Notes under the pieces: generated by a model
The model's database searches: none
What the model was told of the DNA's origin: nothing
The model's input: the letters and a program-made list of their open reading frames with translations, nothing else
Assembly (NCBI GenBank): GCA_965263355.1
Contig: CBDHHL010000032.1
Coordinates: 992,001-1,056,000, forward strand
DNA length: 64,000 bases
Direction: 5' to 3'
DNA from: Leptolyngbyaceae cyanobacterium
GTDB taxonomy: Bacteria; Cyanobacteriota; Cyanobacteriia; Phormidesmidales; Phormidesmidaceae
Made by a program: the position numbers and the translations under genes
Shown here: one piece after another, positions 11,494 to 22,731 of the stretch
Layout: each line of letters starts with the position of its first letter
Position numbering within the stretch: position 1 is the first letter of the stretch

Positions 11494-14124
11494 CTAGGCC
11501 TTCATCTGGGCAACTTCAGGAGTTTTTTCCACATTGCCAATGACAATCTGCACCTGGTCTGGATTTGCCCAGAGAATGAGACGAGGCATGTAGGCACTGC
11601 TGAGATATTCGTGCTTAGGCAACACGCGCATCGAGAAACCTTGAAGACCACTCTGGTTGTAGGCCACATTTAAGCTATAGAGGCTACTGCCATCACCATC
11701 CTGACCGCGATGGACCATTGCCGTCGCTTGGCCGCCCTGAAGTTCACCATCAATATCGATGCCCCCTTGGTAAAATTCCACCGATACATCCGTTGGCTTG
11801 AGATGGCCTAGATAGACTCGAGCAGTTACCTGTAGAGGCTCATTTACCTGAAGATCCACATCATGGGACAGGTAAATTTCGGCGATGGAAATGTGCGGCC
11901 AATGTTGATACAGTTCTGACTGCCATTGGGCTAATACTCTAACTGGAGCATAATCATCGGTGACTAACTGACGGCCCCGGTCCGAAGCTGCAAAATAACC
12001 TTGATTGGCATAATCTTGAAGCATACGGGCCGTATTAAAGGCTGGCGTATTTAACCGAATAGCAGCCTTCATCTTTGCCACCCAACCCCTGGGAATACCA
12101 TGGCTATCCCGCTCATAGAAGAGTGGTACCACTGCGGTTTCGAGCAACTCATAAAGGTCATTAGCTTCAACCTCATCCTGATAGTCAGGATCGTCATAGT
12201 CCTCACCGGAACCAATGGGCCAACCGGTGCTGACATAGTCGGCCTCATCCCACCAACCATCGAGCACACTGAGGTTGGGTAAACCATTCATGGCCGCTTT
12301 CATCCCGCTAGTGCCGGATGCTTCACGGGGACGACGAGGATTATTGAGCCAGACATCACAGCCCGATACCATCCAACGAGCGACATGAATATCGTAATTA
12401 GGGACAAACACAATGGAGCGATCTAACCCCTCATCACGGGTGAAGTGAATAATGTTACGGATCAGCTCTTTACCAGGAATATCCTTAGGGTGAGCCTTAC
12501 CGGCAATCACAAATTGCACCCGACGCCCCAAAGAGTTTTCAACAATCTTACGCAGCCGCTCCACATCTCTGAGGAACAATGTGGCTCGCTTGTAAGTGGC
12601 AAATCGACGGGCAAACCCAATGGTCAAAATGCTCGGGTCTAGCACTTCTTGGGCTCGCTCCATTTCTAAATGGGATCCCCCGCGCTCCTTAACGGCCTTA
12701 TGCAAGCGGTCCCGAACAGATACCACCAAATGGGAACGGCAACTTTCATGGTTGCGCCAAATTTCCTCATCGGGAATAGCACTCACCTTATCCCAGAGTG
12801 GATCATCCACACCTACAATGTCCCAATTGGGGCCAAGGTAACGGTCATAGAGTTCCTGGGTGGATTTGGCCACACAGCTACGGGCATGCACACCGTTGGT
12901 AATAGATGTAATGGGAACTTCGTCCACAGGTAAGTTGGGCCATAGCCCGCCAAACATAGTTCGGGACACAGCGCCATGGAGCTTACTCACACCATTGACA
13001 AACGACGCCATTTTAATGGCTAAAACCGCCATACTAAATGGCGCATCACCATCCGCATCATCCTCACGACCAAGGCCCAGGAAATGCTCATGGGAAAGAC
13101 CAAAGCGAGCGGCATAATGGCCTAGATAGTGAAATACTTTATCCGGGGGAAAAAGGTCAATTCCTGCGGGTACCGGTGTATGGGTAGTGAACAACTGAGT
13201 TGCTTGGGCCATTTGCTGTGCTTCACCAAAGCTTAACCCCTTGTCATCCATCAGCATGCAAATGCGCTCTAGGGCCAGAAACGCAGAGTGCCCCTCATTG
13301 AGGTGATAGGCTGACGGGCTCAACCCTAGGGCCTTAAGCATACGGACACCGCCAATCCCCAACATCATTTCCTGGTGGATTCGCATATCAATATCGCCAC
13401 CGTATAAGCGATCGCAAATATATTGATCGTGGGGAGCGTTGGGCTCAATGTTCGTATCTAGCAAATAAAGCGGTACACGCCCCACGGTAACTCGCCAAAT
13501 ACGGGCATAAACCTTACGGCCCGGATAGTCTACAGTGATGCGCAGCTCGTTACCGTCACTATCCCGCTCCAGGGTAAGGGGCATATTATAGAAATCATTG
13601 ATGGGATAGCGCTCTTGCTGCCAACCATCAGCGTTCAGGTATTGAGCAAAATAGCCCTCCTGATACAGCAGGCCAACGCCCACCAGGGGTAGACCTAAAT
13701 CACTTGCTGTCTTGAGATGATCCCCAGCAAGTACCCCTAAACCACCTGAATAAACTGGCAGACAGGTAGTTAGGCCAAACTCCATCGAGAAGTAGGCATA
13801 ACATTCATGTTCAGTCGGGTTGGCCCGATTAACGTTGTACCACGATTGGGCATTCAGATAATGCTCTAAACGCTCCATAGCATGGTTCATCTGGGCAACA
13901 AACCCACCATCCTCAGCCACAGTCTGGAGACGCGCTTGACTAATGGTGCTAAGCATCAAAACAGGATTATAACGACTGGATGCCCAAAGATCGGGGTCCA
14001 ATCGCTTAAACAGGTCAATGGTGCCCACATCCCAATCCCAATGGATATTCTCAGCAAGCTGACGTAACGGAGCTAAAGAAGCGGGCAGTGTGGGTGTAAC
14101 GTTAAAGGTACGAATTGGGCGCAT
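11494..14124 (-). CDS. glgP: Alpha-glucan (glycogen) phosphorylase
   Basis: YSGGLGVLAGD, NEGH, ARRFATYKR, EASGTSGMK PLP-lysine motif. Confidence 0.96.
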   Translation of the reverse strand: MRPIRTFNVTPTLPASLAPLRQLAENIHWDWDVGTIDLFKRLDPDLWASSRYNPVLMLSTISQARLQTVAEDGGFVAQMNHAMERLEHYLNAQSWYNVNRANPTEHECYAYFSMEFGLTTCLPVYSGGLGVLAGDHLKTASDLGLPLVGVGLLYQEGYFAQYLNADGWQQERYPINDFYNMPLTLERDSDGNELRITVDYPGRKVYARIWRVTVGRVPLYLLDTNIEPNAPHDQYICDRLYGGDIDMRIHQEMMLGIGGVRMLKALGLSPSAYHLNEGHSAFLALERICMLMDDKGLSFGEAQQMAQATQLFTTHTPVPAGIDLFPPDKVFHYLGHYAARFGLSHEHFLGLGREDDADGDAPFSMAVLAIKMASFVNGVSKLHGAVSRTMFGGLWPNLPVDEVPITSITNGVHARSCVAKSTQELYDRYLGPNWDIVGVDDPLWDKVSAIPDEEIWRNHESCRSHLVVSVRDRLHKAVKERGGSHLEMERAQEVLDPSILTIGFARRFATYKRATLFLRDVERLRKIVENSLGRRVQFVIAGKAHPKDIPGKELIRNIIHFTRDEGLDRSIVFVPNYDIHVARWMVSGCDVWLNNPRRPREASGTSGMKAAMNGLPNLSVLDGWWDEADYVSTGWPIGSGEDYDDPDYQDEVEANDLYELLETAVVPLFYERDSHGIPRGWVAKMKAAIRLNTPAFNTARMLQDYANQGYFAASDRGRQLVTDDYAPVRVLAQWQSELYQHWPHISIAEIYLSHDVDLQVNEPLQVTARVYLGHLKPTDVSVEFYQGGIDIDGELQGGQATAMVHRGQDGDGSSLYSLNVAYNQSGLQGFSMRVLPKHEYLSSAYMPRLILWANPDQVQIVIGNVEKTPEVAQMKA

Positions 14125-14381
14125 AAATTATTTTTTTTGACAGCGAGTGCTTCAAGTCCACGAATATTCTGGCTCTGAAATTTGAATTAACGAGGGAGCT
14201 TTTACCCCTTTTTTGCCCTCAAGTGTTTTTATGTCAGTCCATAAACCAGCCGGAATCAAGGACTCTCATCAAAGCTAAAATTTTTCTTCAATTCAAAACA
14301 AGAGGCTGCTTTTTATTGCGTTCAATTGCTTTTTGTTTCATTTTGTTTTTTAGACGCAATGTAAATTGACAACCCCCACCT

Positions 14382-14703
14382 ATGACAAACGCCACAATTA
14401 AGGCTGCAATTGACATCGGTACCAATTCAATTTTGTTGCTTGTTGCTCGACACTCAGCGCAGGGTTCACCTGGGTTAGTGCCCCTGATTGATCAGGCCCA
14501 AACAGTGCGCTTGGGAGAACATCTATTGTCCACTGGACTGCTTTCACCTCAGGCTATTGAGAGAACATTACATGGGCTCTATGAGTATGTCGAGCCGATA
14601 TTATTTGCCTGCAATGGCTATCTTGATAACGTTGCTGCAGGGCTTAAACATTGACACGGTTCAAATCAGTGTTCGAGGTGCACGTTATGGGGTTTTACTC
14701 TGA
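14382..14703 (+). pseudogene. Ppx/GppA phosphatase remnant (large internal deletion plus frameshift)
   Basis: N-terminal AAIDIGTNS..VRLGE joined directly to C-terminal RADII/LPAMAIL..VRGARYG lying in other frames. Confidence 0.75.
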
Positions 14704-14736
14704 AAACAATCAGCCTAGTTTATTACTAGCGTGATA

Positions 14737-16089
14737 TTACTGACGTGCCCCTTTGAGTCGACAACCAACCCCTCCTCGTTCCTGAAGGCTCTTTTGAGCC
14801 ACTTTTTGGGGGCTAAAAAACACATTTTGAACAACCTTCCATTCTTTGATCATCAATACCTCAAACAGTTCTTCCTGTTCCTTTAAACCACCGTTAGTGA
14901 TGTAATAGATCAAGCCATCGGCTGCCTCTACAAACTCTCCGTTAAAAAAGTTATAAAACATATCCCTTTCAAGACTCTTCCGTCGGACCTCTAAGCCAGC
15001 AGCATGGAGGTCTTTCGCGGCATCTTCTTCCAAGCTACATTGCAGCTCTAGCTTTGCCGCCTTTTGTTCTGTTGTCGTACAAGGTACCAGCTCTGCCATC
15101 TCTATGGCATCTTGAAGGGCAACATGGCTGTCATTAAGAACCACAACACCATGACCGAGAAACAACATCCCCATATCCAAATGAAACTTACCCGGCTGTT
15201 CTACACAGACCACCTGCTCAATGTTGTCTAGACCAAAGTCCTCAGCGATCACGTTTCTAACTTCATCATGACTGAGTTGGTAAATATAGGCTGTGGCTGC
15301 GATCGCATCTTTACCAATCAGAAGGATCGGATTCCCTGTAGCATCCTCACCTGGAATCATATTGCCACCTTCTATATAGGCTCGGATATACCCGACCTGT
15401 CGCCCCTGCATCCGAGCTATATGCTCCCGTTCTAGGCCCGTTTTCAATTCATTTACCCTCAGCCCCAGCAAAATCCAGAGATGATCATCCCGTAAGATCT
15501 CCTCTAGTTGTTCTGGGCACATTTTCCCTTGCCATCGTTCTCTTCTGCCCATTTTCATAGCCCAGTCAAGCAGATCGTTATCAAATAATCGGAGAACTGC
15601 CATCTGACCATTTTGCAAATACTCCACACTATCCTCAGCCCATTTTGATACAGGCTTTTGGCTAGTGATCACGTTGTAGTTCAATGTTTTGTAGTCATCT
15701 TTTAAGAGTTCTTGTGCAATCTCTTCTTGGCAGCTGGGGTCAGTCAAAATTTCCAGATGCAATCCCAGTCTCTGAACTATCTTTGCAAAAAATCTTAAAT
15801 GCTCTCTTTCAGTTTCAACAGACGTCTCAGTTTGACTTCGCATGTAGTTCATATGCAAAACATTTGTGCGACCACTGGGCGTCTTCTTTTGTGGCGACAA
15901 CCCGGCTGTATCGACCGCAGGTAGTTGAGCCCTTATCCTTGCCTTGATCGCCTCTATATCCACTCCATCAGCGGCACCATCTTCAAGGTATCTTAGGCGC
16001 TTATGCAGCGTGACTAATGAAGGCTCTATGGCAGGGTCGTCTGTTGTGTGTTCACCGACTTGGTCTACCCTACCCCTTTGAACATTCAT
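14737..16089 (-). CDS. Uncharacterised protein, probable pentein (amidinotransferase/deiminase) fold
   Basis: Ordered motifs WAED, IEGGN, FHLDM and C-terminal GGVGC; start moved to ATG 16089. Confidence 0.6.
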   Translation of the reverse strand: MNVQRGRVDQVGEHTTDDPAIEPSLVTLHKRLRYLEDGAADGVDIEAIKARIRAQLPAVDTAGLSPQKKTPSGRTNVLHMNYMRSQTETSVETEREHLRFFAKIVQRLGLHLEILTDPSCQEEIAQELLKDDYKTLNYNVITSQKPVSKWAEDSVEYLQNGQMAVLRLFDNDLLDWAMKMGRRERWQGKMCPEQLEEILRDDHLWILLGLRVNELKTGLEREHIARMQGRQVGYIRAYIEGGNMIPGEDATGNPILLIGKDAIAATAYIYQLSHDEVRNVIAEDFGLDNIEQVVCVEQPGKFHLDMGMLFLGHGVVVLNDSHVALQDAIEMAELVPCTTTEQKAAKLELQCSLEEDAAKDLHAAGLEVRRKSLERDMFYNFFNGEFVEAADGLIYYITNGGLKEQEELFEVLMIKEWKVVQNVFFSPQKVAQKSLQERGGVGCRLKGARQ

Positions 16090-16362
16090 GCTGCTATTCC
16101 AATCACGCGATTTCGCATCAATCCACACAATACATGATCAGGGTGTCCCCTGAGGCCAAGACGGTCCTGGGAAAGTGAAGCACGTAGTCAATTACTGCCC
16201 TGATATTGAGTTGTAATAATTCCTCAAAGTTTACAGGCCCCAACCTTAATAAAATGGTAACAATACATACTGTTTAGAATGGGCTGGATTACTGCCTTTG
16301 TTGAGAACAACAGCTTGCAGCCCCAGTGCAACCTATACAACTATAAAAGTAGGAGACGGTAA

Positions 16363-18009
16363 ATGGTCAGCACGTTTATAAATTCTGTTGTTAATTCTGC
16401 AGTTAGGTTAAGTCCCCAATCCTTGAATGCAGCGGCTCCTGTTCAACTATGGCCCAGTGATTCTTTAGATGCTATTGAAACCGTTATCCGCACTGTTTAC
16501 AAACAGGTCTTGGGCAACGCCCATGTGATGGAAAGTGAACGAGCCGCTGTTGCCGATGCGGAGTCAAAATTGCAGAATCATACTATCACTGTGCGAGGCT
16601 TTATTCGTCAGATTGCCAAATCCGAACTATACCGCACCCGCTTTTTTGAGCCTTGTTCCCGCAATCGTTTTATCGAACTGAACTTTAAACATCTCTTAGG
16701 CCGCGCGCCCGATAGCTACAACGATATTGCTGACCACAGCAATCTGCTGGAATCGACAGGCTTTGAGGCCGAAATCGACTCCTACTTGGACAGTGACGAA
16801 TATCATCAGGCTTTTGGGGAAAACACGGTGCCTTATTACCGGGGGCACAAATCCCCCATTGGGCAGAAAGTGGCTGGTTTTGTCAATCTCTTAAAACTTC
16901 TGCGCGGCAATGTTAGCAGCGATAATAATCCCATTTATTATCAGTCCCAAGCACAACTTACCCAGGCTTTAATGGCTGATAAGGTGGGTGGCGCGATCGC
17001 ACCACTCAGTTCTCCCCCTATTCACACGTCCACATTCCTACAGCAAGAGCCAGAACCCACACCGGAACAGCTAGCCTCCCAGCAAATCTTTAAGGGCTAT
17101 GAACCTTTCCGTCAAACAGCTCCGGTCGAACTCTTACCGGGTGCGTCGGCAGAAGAAACAGATGTTGTTATTCGAGCCGTTTATCGCCAGGTTATGGGCA
17201 ATGCCCACATTATGGAAAGTGAGCGTTTAGTAGTCCCCGAGTCTCAGCTCAAACATGGTGAGCTGAGCGTTCGTGAATTTGTGCGTAAGCTCGCTAAGTC
17301 TGAGCTTTACCAGTCCCGATTTACCGACTGCTATCGCTACCGAGCCATGGAGCTTAACTTCAAACACTTACTGGGTCGTGCTCCTCAGAACTTCGCAGAA
17401 ATGAAAGCTCACAGTGCCATTCTGGATACAGAGGGCTATGAAGCTGACATCGATAGCTACATTGACAGCGATGAATATAATGATGCCTTTGGCGAAAACA
17501 TCGTCCCCTACTATCGCGGCTACAATAGCGCCCCAGGCCAAACCATGGTGGAATTTACCAACATGTTGCAGCTGCTTAAGAGTGCATCTAGCAGCGACAA
17601 GGATCTAACCGACAACCGACCACGGGTAGCTAATGGGTTATTGCCCTATCAAGACCTGAAGGTCACTAAGCCTCGTGACGCTCAAGAGATTTTGGCAGAG
17701 GTCTTTACCTTCGCTCCAAAGGCTACAACAACATCGGTTGCCCCAACGCCAGAACCTCAGGAAAGTGAACAGGATATGCTAATTGCCAAACTACAACAGC
17801 AATTAGCTGAACTACGCACCTCTGCAAGTATTGGTGCATCTATTCTTAGAAAAGGAACACAGCCTAAAACAGTTCTTAGTGGACAAGTTAGCTCTTCCCA
17901 ACAAACTGACGAAAAAGCAGCTTTGATTGAACGGTTACAAGGCGAGCTGATGGAAGCTCGATCCCTGGCAGCCATTGGAGAAGCTCGTCTGAATAGATGG
18001 CGACGTTAG
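16363..18009 (+). CDS. Phycobilisome rod linker with two tandem linker domains
   Basis: Two copies of VY(K/R)QV(L/M)GNAH.MESER...[12 protein letters not shown]...YIDS.EY; SD AGGAG upstream. Confidence 0.88.
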   Translation: MVSTFINSVVNSAVRLSPQSLNAAAPVQLWPSDSLDAIETVIRTVYKQVLGNAHVMESERAAVADAESKLQNHTITVRGFIRQIAKSELYRTRFFEPCSRNRFIELNFKHLLGRAPDSYNDIADHSNLLESTGFEAEIDSYLDSDEYHQAFGENTVPYYRGHKSPIGQKVAGFVNLLKLLRGNVSSDNNPIYYQSQAQLTQALMADKVGGAIAPLSSPPIHTSTFLQQEPEPTPEQLASQQIFKGYEPFRQTAPVELLPGASAEETDVVIRAVYRQVMGNAHIMESERLVVPESQLKHGELSVREFVRKLAKSELYQSRFTDCYRYRAMELNFKHLLGRAPQNFAEMKAHSAILDTEGYEADIDSYIDSDEYNDAFGENIVPYYRGYNSAPGQTMVEFTNMLQLLKSASSSDKDLTDNRPRVANGLLPYQDLKVTKPRDAQEILAEVFTFAPKATTTSVAPTPEPQESEQDMLIAKLQQQLAELRTSASIGASILRKGTQPKTVLSGQVSSSQQTDEKAALIERLQGELMEARSLAAIGEARLNRWRR

Positions 18010-18056
18010 GTATCCCCTTATTTCCATAAGGATTATCTAAAATTGAATCAATAGCT

Positions 18057-18087
18057 AAAAGGAGCTTGAAATTCTCAAGCTCCTTTT
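18057..18087. terminator. Bidirectional intrinsic terminator
   Basis: aaaaggagcttga-aattc-tcaagctcctttt between convergent genes. Confidence 0.8.
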
Positions 18088-18186
18088 GACTTTTTTAACA
18101 CTCAGCCATGTTATTGAAAGTGGTTACCAATGATAATTCGTGAGTTTGCAAATGTCATCTCAGCCACTATCACATTAAATTTGGCC

Positions 18187-18927
18187 TTAGATTTTTAACC
18201 AACCAAACCAGGATAAGACGACAGCCAACACTCCACTAGCAAGGACTAGAGCACCTGTTACTGTGATAACAGCACCAACTTTTCGTAGTCCTTCTGGAGG
18301 GAGACCATCGCCAAACAGAAAATCACCAGTGGCAGAGAAGTTATTGCCTAATGCAGTAAGCTGCTCTAAATGGTCGTTACCGTAGCGAGGCATGCGTTCA
18401 AATGGGATCTCACCCATAGTCTGCTGAGGTAGAATGCGTCGCCGTTGATAGGGCACCGTATCTTCCCCAAAGTTGTCCAGGTACTCATTGCTATTGAGCA
18501 ATGCATCCACAAATCCTTGGATTCCCTCGGTAGCCAACACAATTGACCAGGCCAAAGTCTCACGCTGATTGTAAACCTGACGACCCAAAACCCGCTGAAC
18601 GCACATATCAACAAAGCGATAGTTGTTGCTGCATTCATAATTAAGACGTCTAAAGGATTCAGAGAGCAGCAGGCCACGAATGAATTCTCGTACGGATATC
18701 TGGGAGCTACGCAGCTGGGATTCTAAAAAGCGAGCGCGATGACATAATAAAAGCTGCTGTTCATTAAAAATGCGGCGATAGGCAGCCAAAACTAGAGCTT
18801 CAAGCTCCTGGGCATCAGGTAGTGACTCAGTGGAAAAGATACGAGGCTGTTCATCACCAGGAATTTCAAAACCTTTTACACGCTGGTTTTGACAAGTGGT
18901 GGGATAGCTTAACAAAGGCAAGGTCAT
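18187..18927 (-). CDS. cpcL: Rod-membrane linker CpcL (CpcG2-type)
   Basis: CpcG-type MTLPLLSY..QNQRV, NYRFVDMCVQRVLGR, VPYQRRR, plus hydrophobic C-terminal helix. Confidence 0.82.
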   Translation of the reverse strand: MTLPLLSYPTTCQNQRVKGFEIPGDEQPRIFSTESLPDAQELEALVLAAYRRIFNEQQLLLCHRARFLESQLRSSQISVREFIRGLLLSESFRRLNYECSNNYRFVDMCVQRVLGRQVYNQRETLAWSIVLATEGIQGFVDALLNSNEYLDNFGEDTVPYQRRRILPQQTMGEIPFERMPRYGNDHLEQLTALGNNFSATGDFLFGDGLPPEGLRKVGAVITVTGALVLASGVLAVVLSWFGWLKI

Positions 18928-19418
18928 CGGGTTCAAATCCTTTTGTTAGGGCAATGCCATGGAAAAAACTGCAGGGTAGCCGTGACAACTACCCAAAATG
19001 CAGTTATATATGGAGTTCTCGTCCTCCGTCAATTCTTATCTTATGAATACGAGGGAATCTCCCAGAAAAACTCGTACAAAAACTCAATCAAACAATATAA
19101 AAGTCAACACTCTTCTAATTAACCCTAAACACCTTTTGATAGCTAACATTCAGCTTTGTCACAACACTAAAGAGCTGAGTGTTATTGGGACTGAGATAAA
19201 CACTTAATTCTTCTACGAATAAACAATATCTGCAATATCTGAGAAAGCATAGTCATTAATCTGAGAAACTTTAATACCCTGTTACCATTAGCAGCAAGAG
19301 TGCTTATTCATAGTATTTGTGAAACCAGCACAGCTGTAGGTCTTTCTGAGTGGATCATTGGCCTGGTTCTATAGCCCATTTTTAACCAGTCAAACACTCG
19401 GACATGCCCAAATAAAAC

Positions 19419-19449
19419 AAACCTGGAGACTCTTACAAATCTCCAGGTT
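19419..19449 (-). terminator. Hairpin after cpeA copy 1
   Basis: aacctggaga...tctccaggtt; homologous hairpin follows copy 2. Confidence 0.7.
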
Positions 19450-19518
19450 CTGACTAACTAAATGTAGCCAAGCTCTTAATCGTAATCAGACCTGTAAGCA
19501 ACTAGTCGCAATCAGCCC

Positions 19519-20052
<534 letters not shown>

Positions 20053-20085
20053 TCAGAACAATCTCACTTAGTCGTCAAGCGGTGA

Positions 20086-20655
<570 letters not shown>

Positions 20656-20718
20656 TCAAAAACATATCTTGTAAGTTCTTGAGTTAACCGCCATAGCAGT
20701 TCGGTTAACTACGTAACA

Positions 20719-20780
20719 AACATAGGAAATGGAGGTTCTTTAAGTCCTTGATATTGAGAACAAAGCAACATTCCGTTACA
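20719..20780 (-). promoter_or_regulatory. Putative cpeB1 promoter: upstream box, weak -35, -10
   Basis: TGTAACGGAATGTTGCTTTGT-N11-AGGACT-N18-TATGTT; same spacing at cpeB2 and pebA. Confidence 0.7.
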
Positions 20781-20888
20781 TAAAACTTATTTAACTGACA
20801 TTGGCAAGAGCAAACTAATGACAAACGGCGAATCAGCCGTAAGAATAGATGGGTATAGAACATTTGATTTTGAAAAAAGACTACTGCT

Positions 20889-21134
20889 ATGACTAGCTCT
20901 ACTGATACGGCTGCTCCCCAGACCAGCATCGAAGAAATTACAGAACTGATTACTGAGTTTGAAAAGTATCGTGAGCGCTTGATGAGTGAGACTCTGGACG
21001 CCGCTAAAAAAGCAAAAATGCCCAAGAAAGAAACCATGGCAAGATTGGAGCCTGAGTTAACCAAAATTGATGCGGCGCTGACACAGCTACGGGCTCAGCT
21101 CGCTACTTTGCAATCTGAGGCAACTGCTGAATAG
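20889..21134 (+). CDS. Small helical hypothetical protein in the phycoerythrin cluster
   Basis: 81-aa ORF divergent from cpeB1 with coiled-coil-like composition. Confidence 0.7.
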   Translation: MTSSTDTAAPQTSIEEITELITEFEKYRERLMSETLDAAKKAKMPKKETMARLEPELTKIDAALTQLRAQLATLQSEATAE

Positions 21135-21291
21135 GGTAGGTCGGCTCTGTACCTGAAGTTTGTCAGGAGTTGATGCCTCTCGACTCTTCACTCCTTGCCC
21201 TTAGTGTTTCTAACCTTGATATTTGACAGTCCACCAGACTGATGTTTAGTTTTATTGGATGTTTGGATAGGCGCACTCAGGAATAGCAGAT

Positions 21292-22191
21292 ATGAGTACT
21301 GGTTTAATGGACGAAGCAAAGCAGCAAGCGGCAACGGACCAGCTTGTCCAACGGGTGAATGAACAAATTGATTTGCTCTCATTTGATGAGTCAGACCAGG
21401 ACACCCTCCGGCAGTTGGTAGAAAGTTTCTCTGATAAGCGTGGCATGATGCGGCTACGCATTGCTGAAACTCTGGGTCAGATTGGGGAACCGGCTACGCC
21501 TGTGTTGGTGGATGCGCTGGCAAACCATCCCAATGAGGTTGTCCGTCGTGCCTGCGCAAAAACGTTGACATTGATTGCAGATCCCACGGCTATTCCCACT
21601 CTGGTCAATTCATTTCTCAATGATAGCGATACGGTGGTTCAGGGCTCCTCAGTGGGGGCTTTAGCCAGAACCGGACGGCCTGCTGCGCCGAAATTACTAG
21701 AGATTTTAGAAGCGCCTAGTCATCCTGAAACAATTAAAGGTCATGCAGCTTGGGCACTGGCTTTTATGGGGTCTGAGGCTAAAGATTTGCTGTTGCAGGC
21801 ACTGAATTCTGAGTCAGAAGCAGTACGAGCTGCCGTGGTGGGTGCGATCGCAAAAGTTGCTCAAGAAGAAGCTAACCCTGAAAATTTTGACATTTTGATC
21901 AATGCCCTGGACGACGATGCCGAAATTGTTCGCTGTGAAGCGGCGGCTGTGCTGGGTAATCTAGCCCACCAACCGGCTATCCCTACGTTGTTACCGCTAT
22001 TGAACCACGCCAGCGCAGAAACCCGTAAATCAGCAGTTTTAGCAATCATGAAAATCGGCCAGGTGAATACCATCGAAGCCTTGAAAACAGCTATGGCCAA
22101 GGAAACCGATGACGGCCTGAAACCCATCTTTAATCTAGCCATTAGCCAAATCCAGAAAAAGTCTACCGCTAACGATGATGACTGGGATTGA
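21292..22191 (+). CDS. HEAT-repeat phycobilin lyase, E/F clan (CpeF/MpeV-like)
   Basis: PBS-HEAT repeats; located among cpe genes. Confidence 0.7.
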   Translation: MSTGLMDEAKQQAATDQLVQRVNEQIDLLSFDESDQDTLRQLVESFSDKRGMMRLRIAETLGQIGEPATPVLVDALANHPNEVVRRACAKTLTLIADPTAIPTLVNSFLNDSDTVVQGSSVGALARTGRPAAPKLLEILEAPSHPETIKGHAAWALAFMGSEAKDLLLQALNSESEAVRAAVVGAIAKVAQEEANPENFDILINALDDDAEIVRCEAAAVLGNLAHQPAIPTLLPLLNHASAETRKSAVLAIMKIGQVNTIEALKTAMAKETDDGLKPIFNLAISQIQKKSTANDDDWD

Positions 22192-22486
22192 CGATCAAAA
22201 TCCATTACGCACGCAGCTAGCAAATGACCTTAATAACTCAGAGTGGCTCCAAAAATTTAAGGCCATTAATCAACTGTTGCACAGCCTTAAGGCTGAGATT
22301 ACAGAGATTCAAAGCTGTGACCTTAAATGGGATACCAGTAGCAACGGCTTGGTAATTCATTGCCCATCTGCTGATACTGCCCAAAAATTACAGTTGCAAC
22401 AGCATCAGATCATTGCTATTGCAGAATATGCAAACTGCATCACATTAGTTCCCCCTGGTAGCTCAGCTATAATCCTTAAGGCATAA
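22175..22486 (+). CDS. Hypothetical protein
   Basis: 103-aa ORF overlapping the end of the upstream lyase gene. Confidence 0.5.
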   Translation: MMTGIDDQNPLRTQLANDLNNSEWLQKFKAINQLLHSLKAEITEIQSCDLKWDTSSNGLVIHCPSADTAQKLQLQQHQIIAIAEYANCITLVPPGSSAIILKA

Positions 22487-22530
22487 ATGCTTTATGCTGT
22501 CGTCAAACTTAGGATGCTACATTATTCAAC

Positions 22531-22731
22531 ATGAAAAATTATCGTCAGGCTCTCGATGAGGTTTTTCAACTAGAAAAAACCGGTGGCTTTCACTATACCC
22601 ATCAAGTCAAAACTTTAATTGAGAATGCTAAACAAGCGCGCCAATGGAAATCCCTTCTGAGGACACCGCCCTATCAATGGCGCACTGTTCTTAGGGACAC
22701 AAAATATGTACTCGATCAGCTTGAGTCCTAA
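22531..22731 (+). CDS. Small hypothetical protein
   Basis: 66-aa ATG ORF; stop overlaps the cpeZ stop. Confidence 0.4.
   Translation: MKNYRQALDEVFQLEKTGGFHYTHQVKTLIENAKQARQWKSLLRTPPYQWRTVLRDTKYVLDQLES

Noticed and set aside
5589..14067. Many antisense and alternate-frame ORFs inside gyrA, glgP and neighbours
   Set aside because: Shadows of well-supported genes with no independent coding signal
19066..19092. Repeat upstream of cpcL as a CcaR G-box
   Set aside because: 12-nt period and poor match to the 11-nt CTTTnCnATTT repeat
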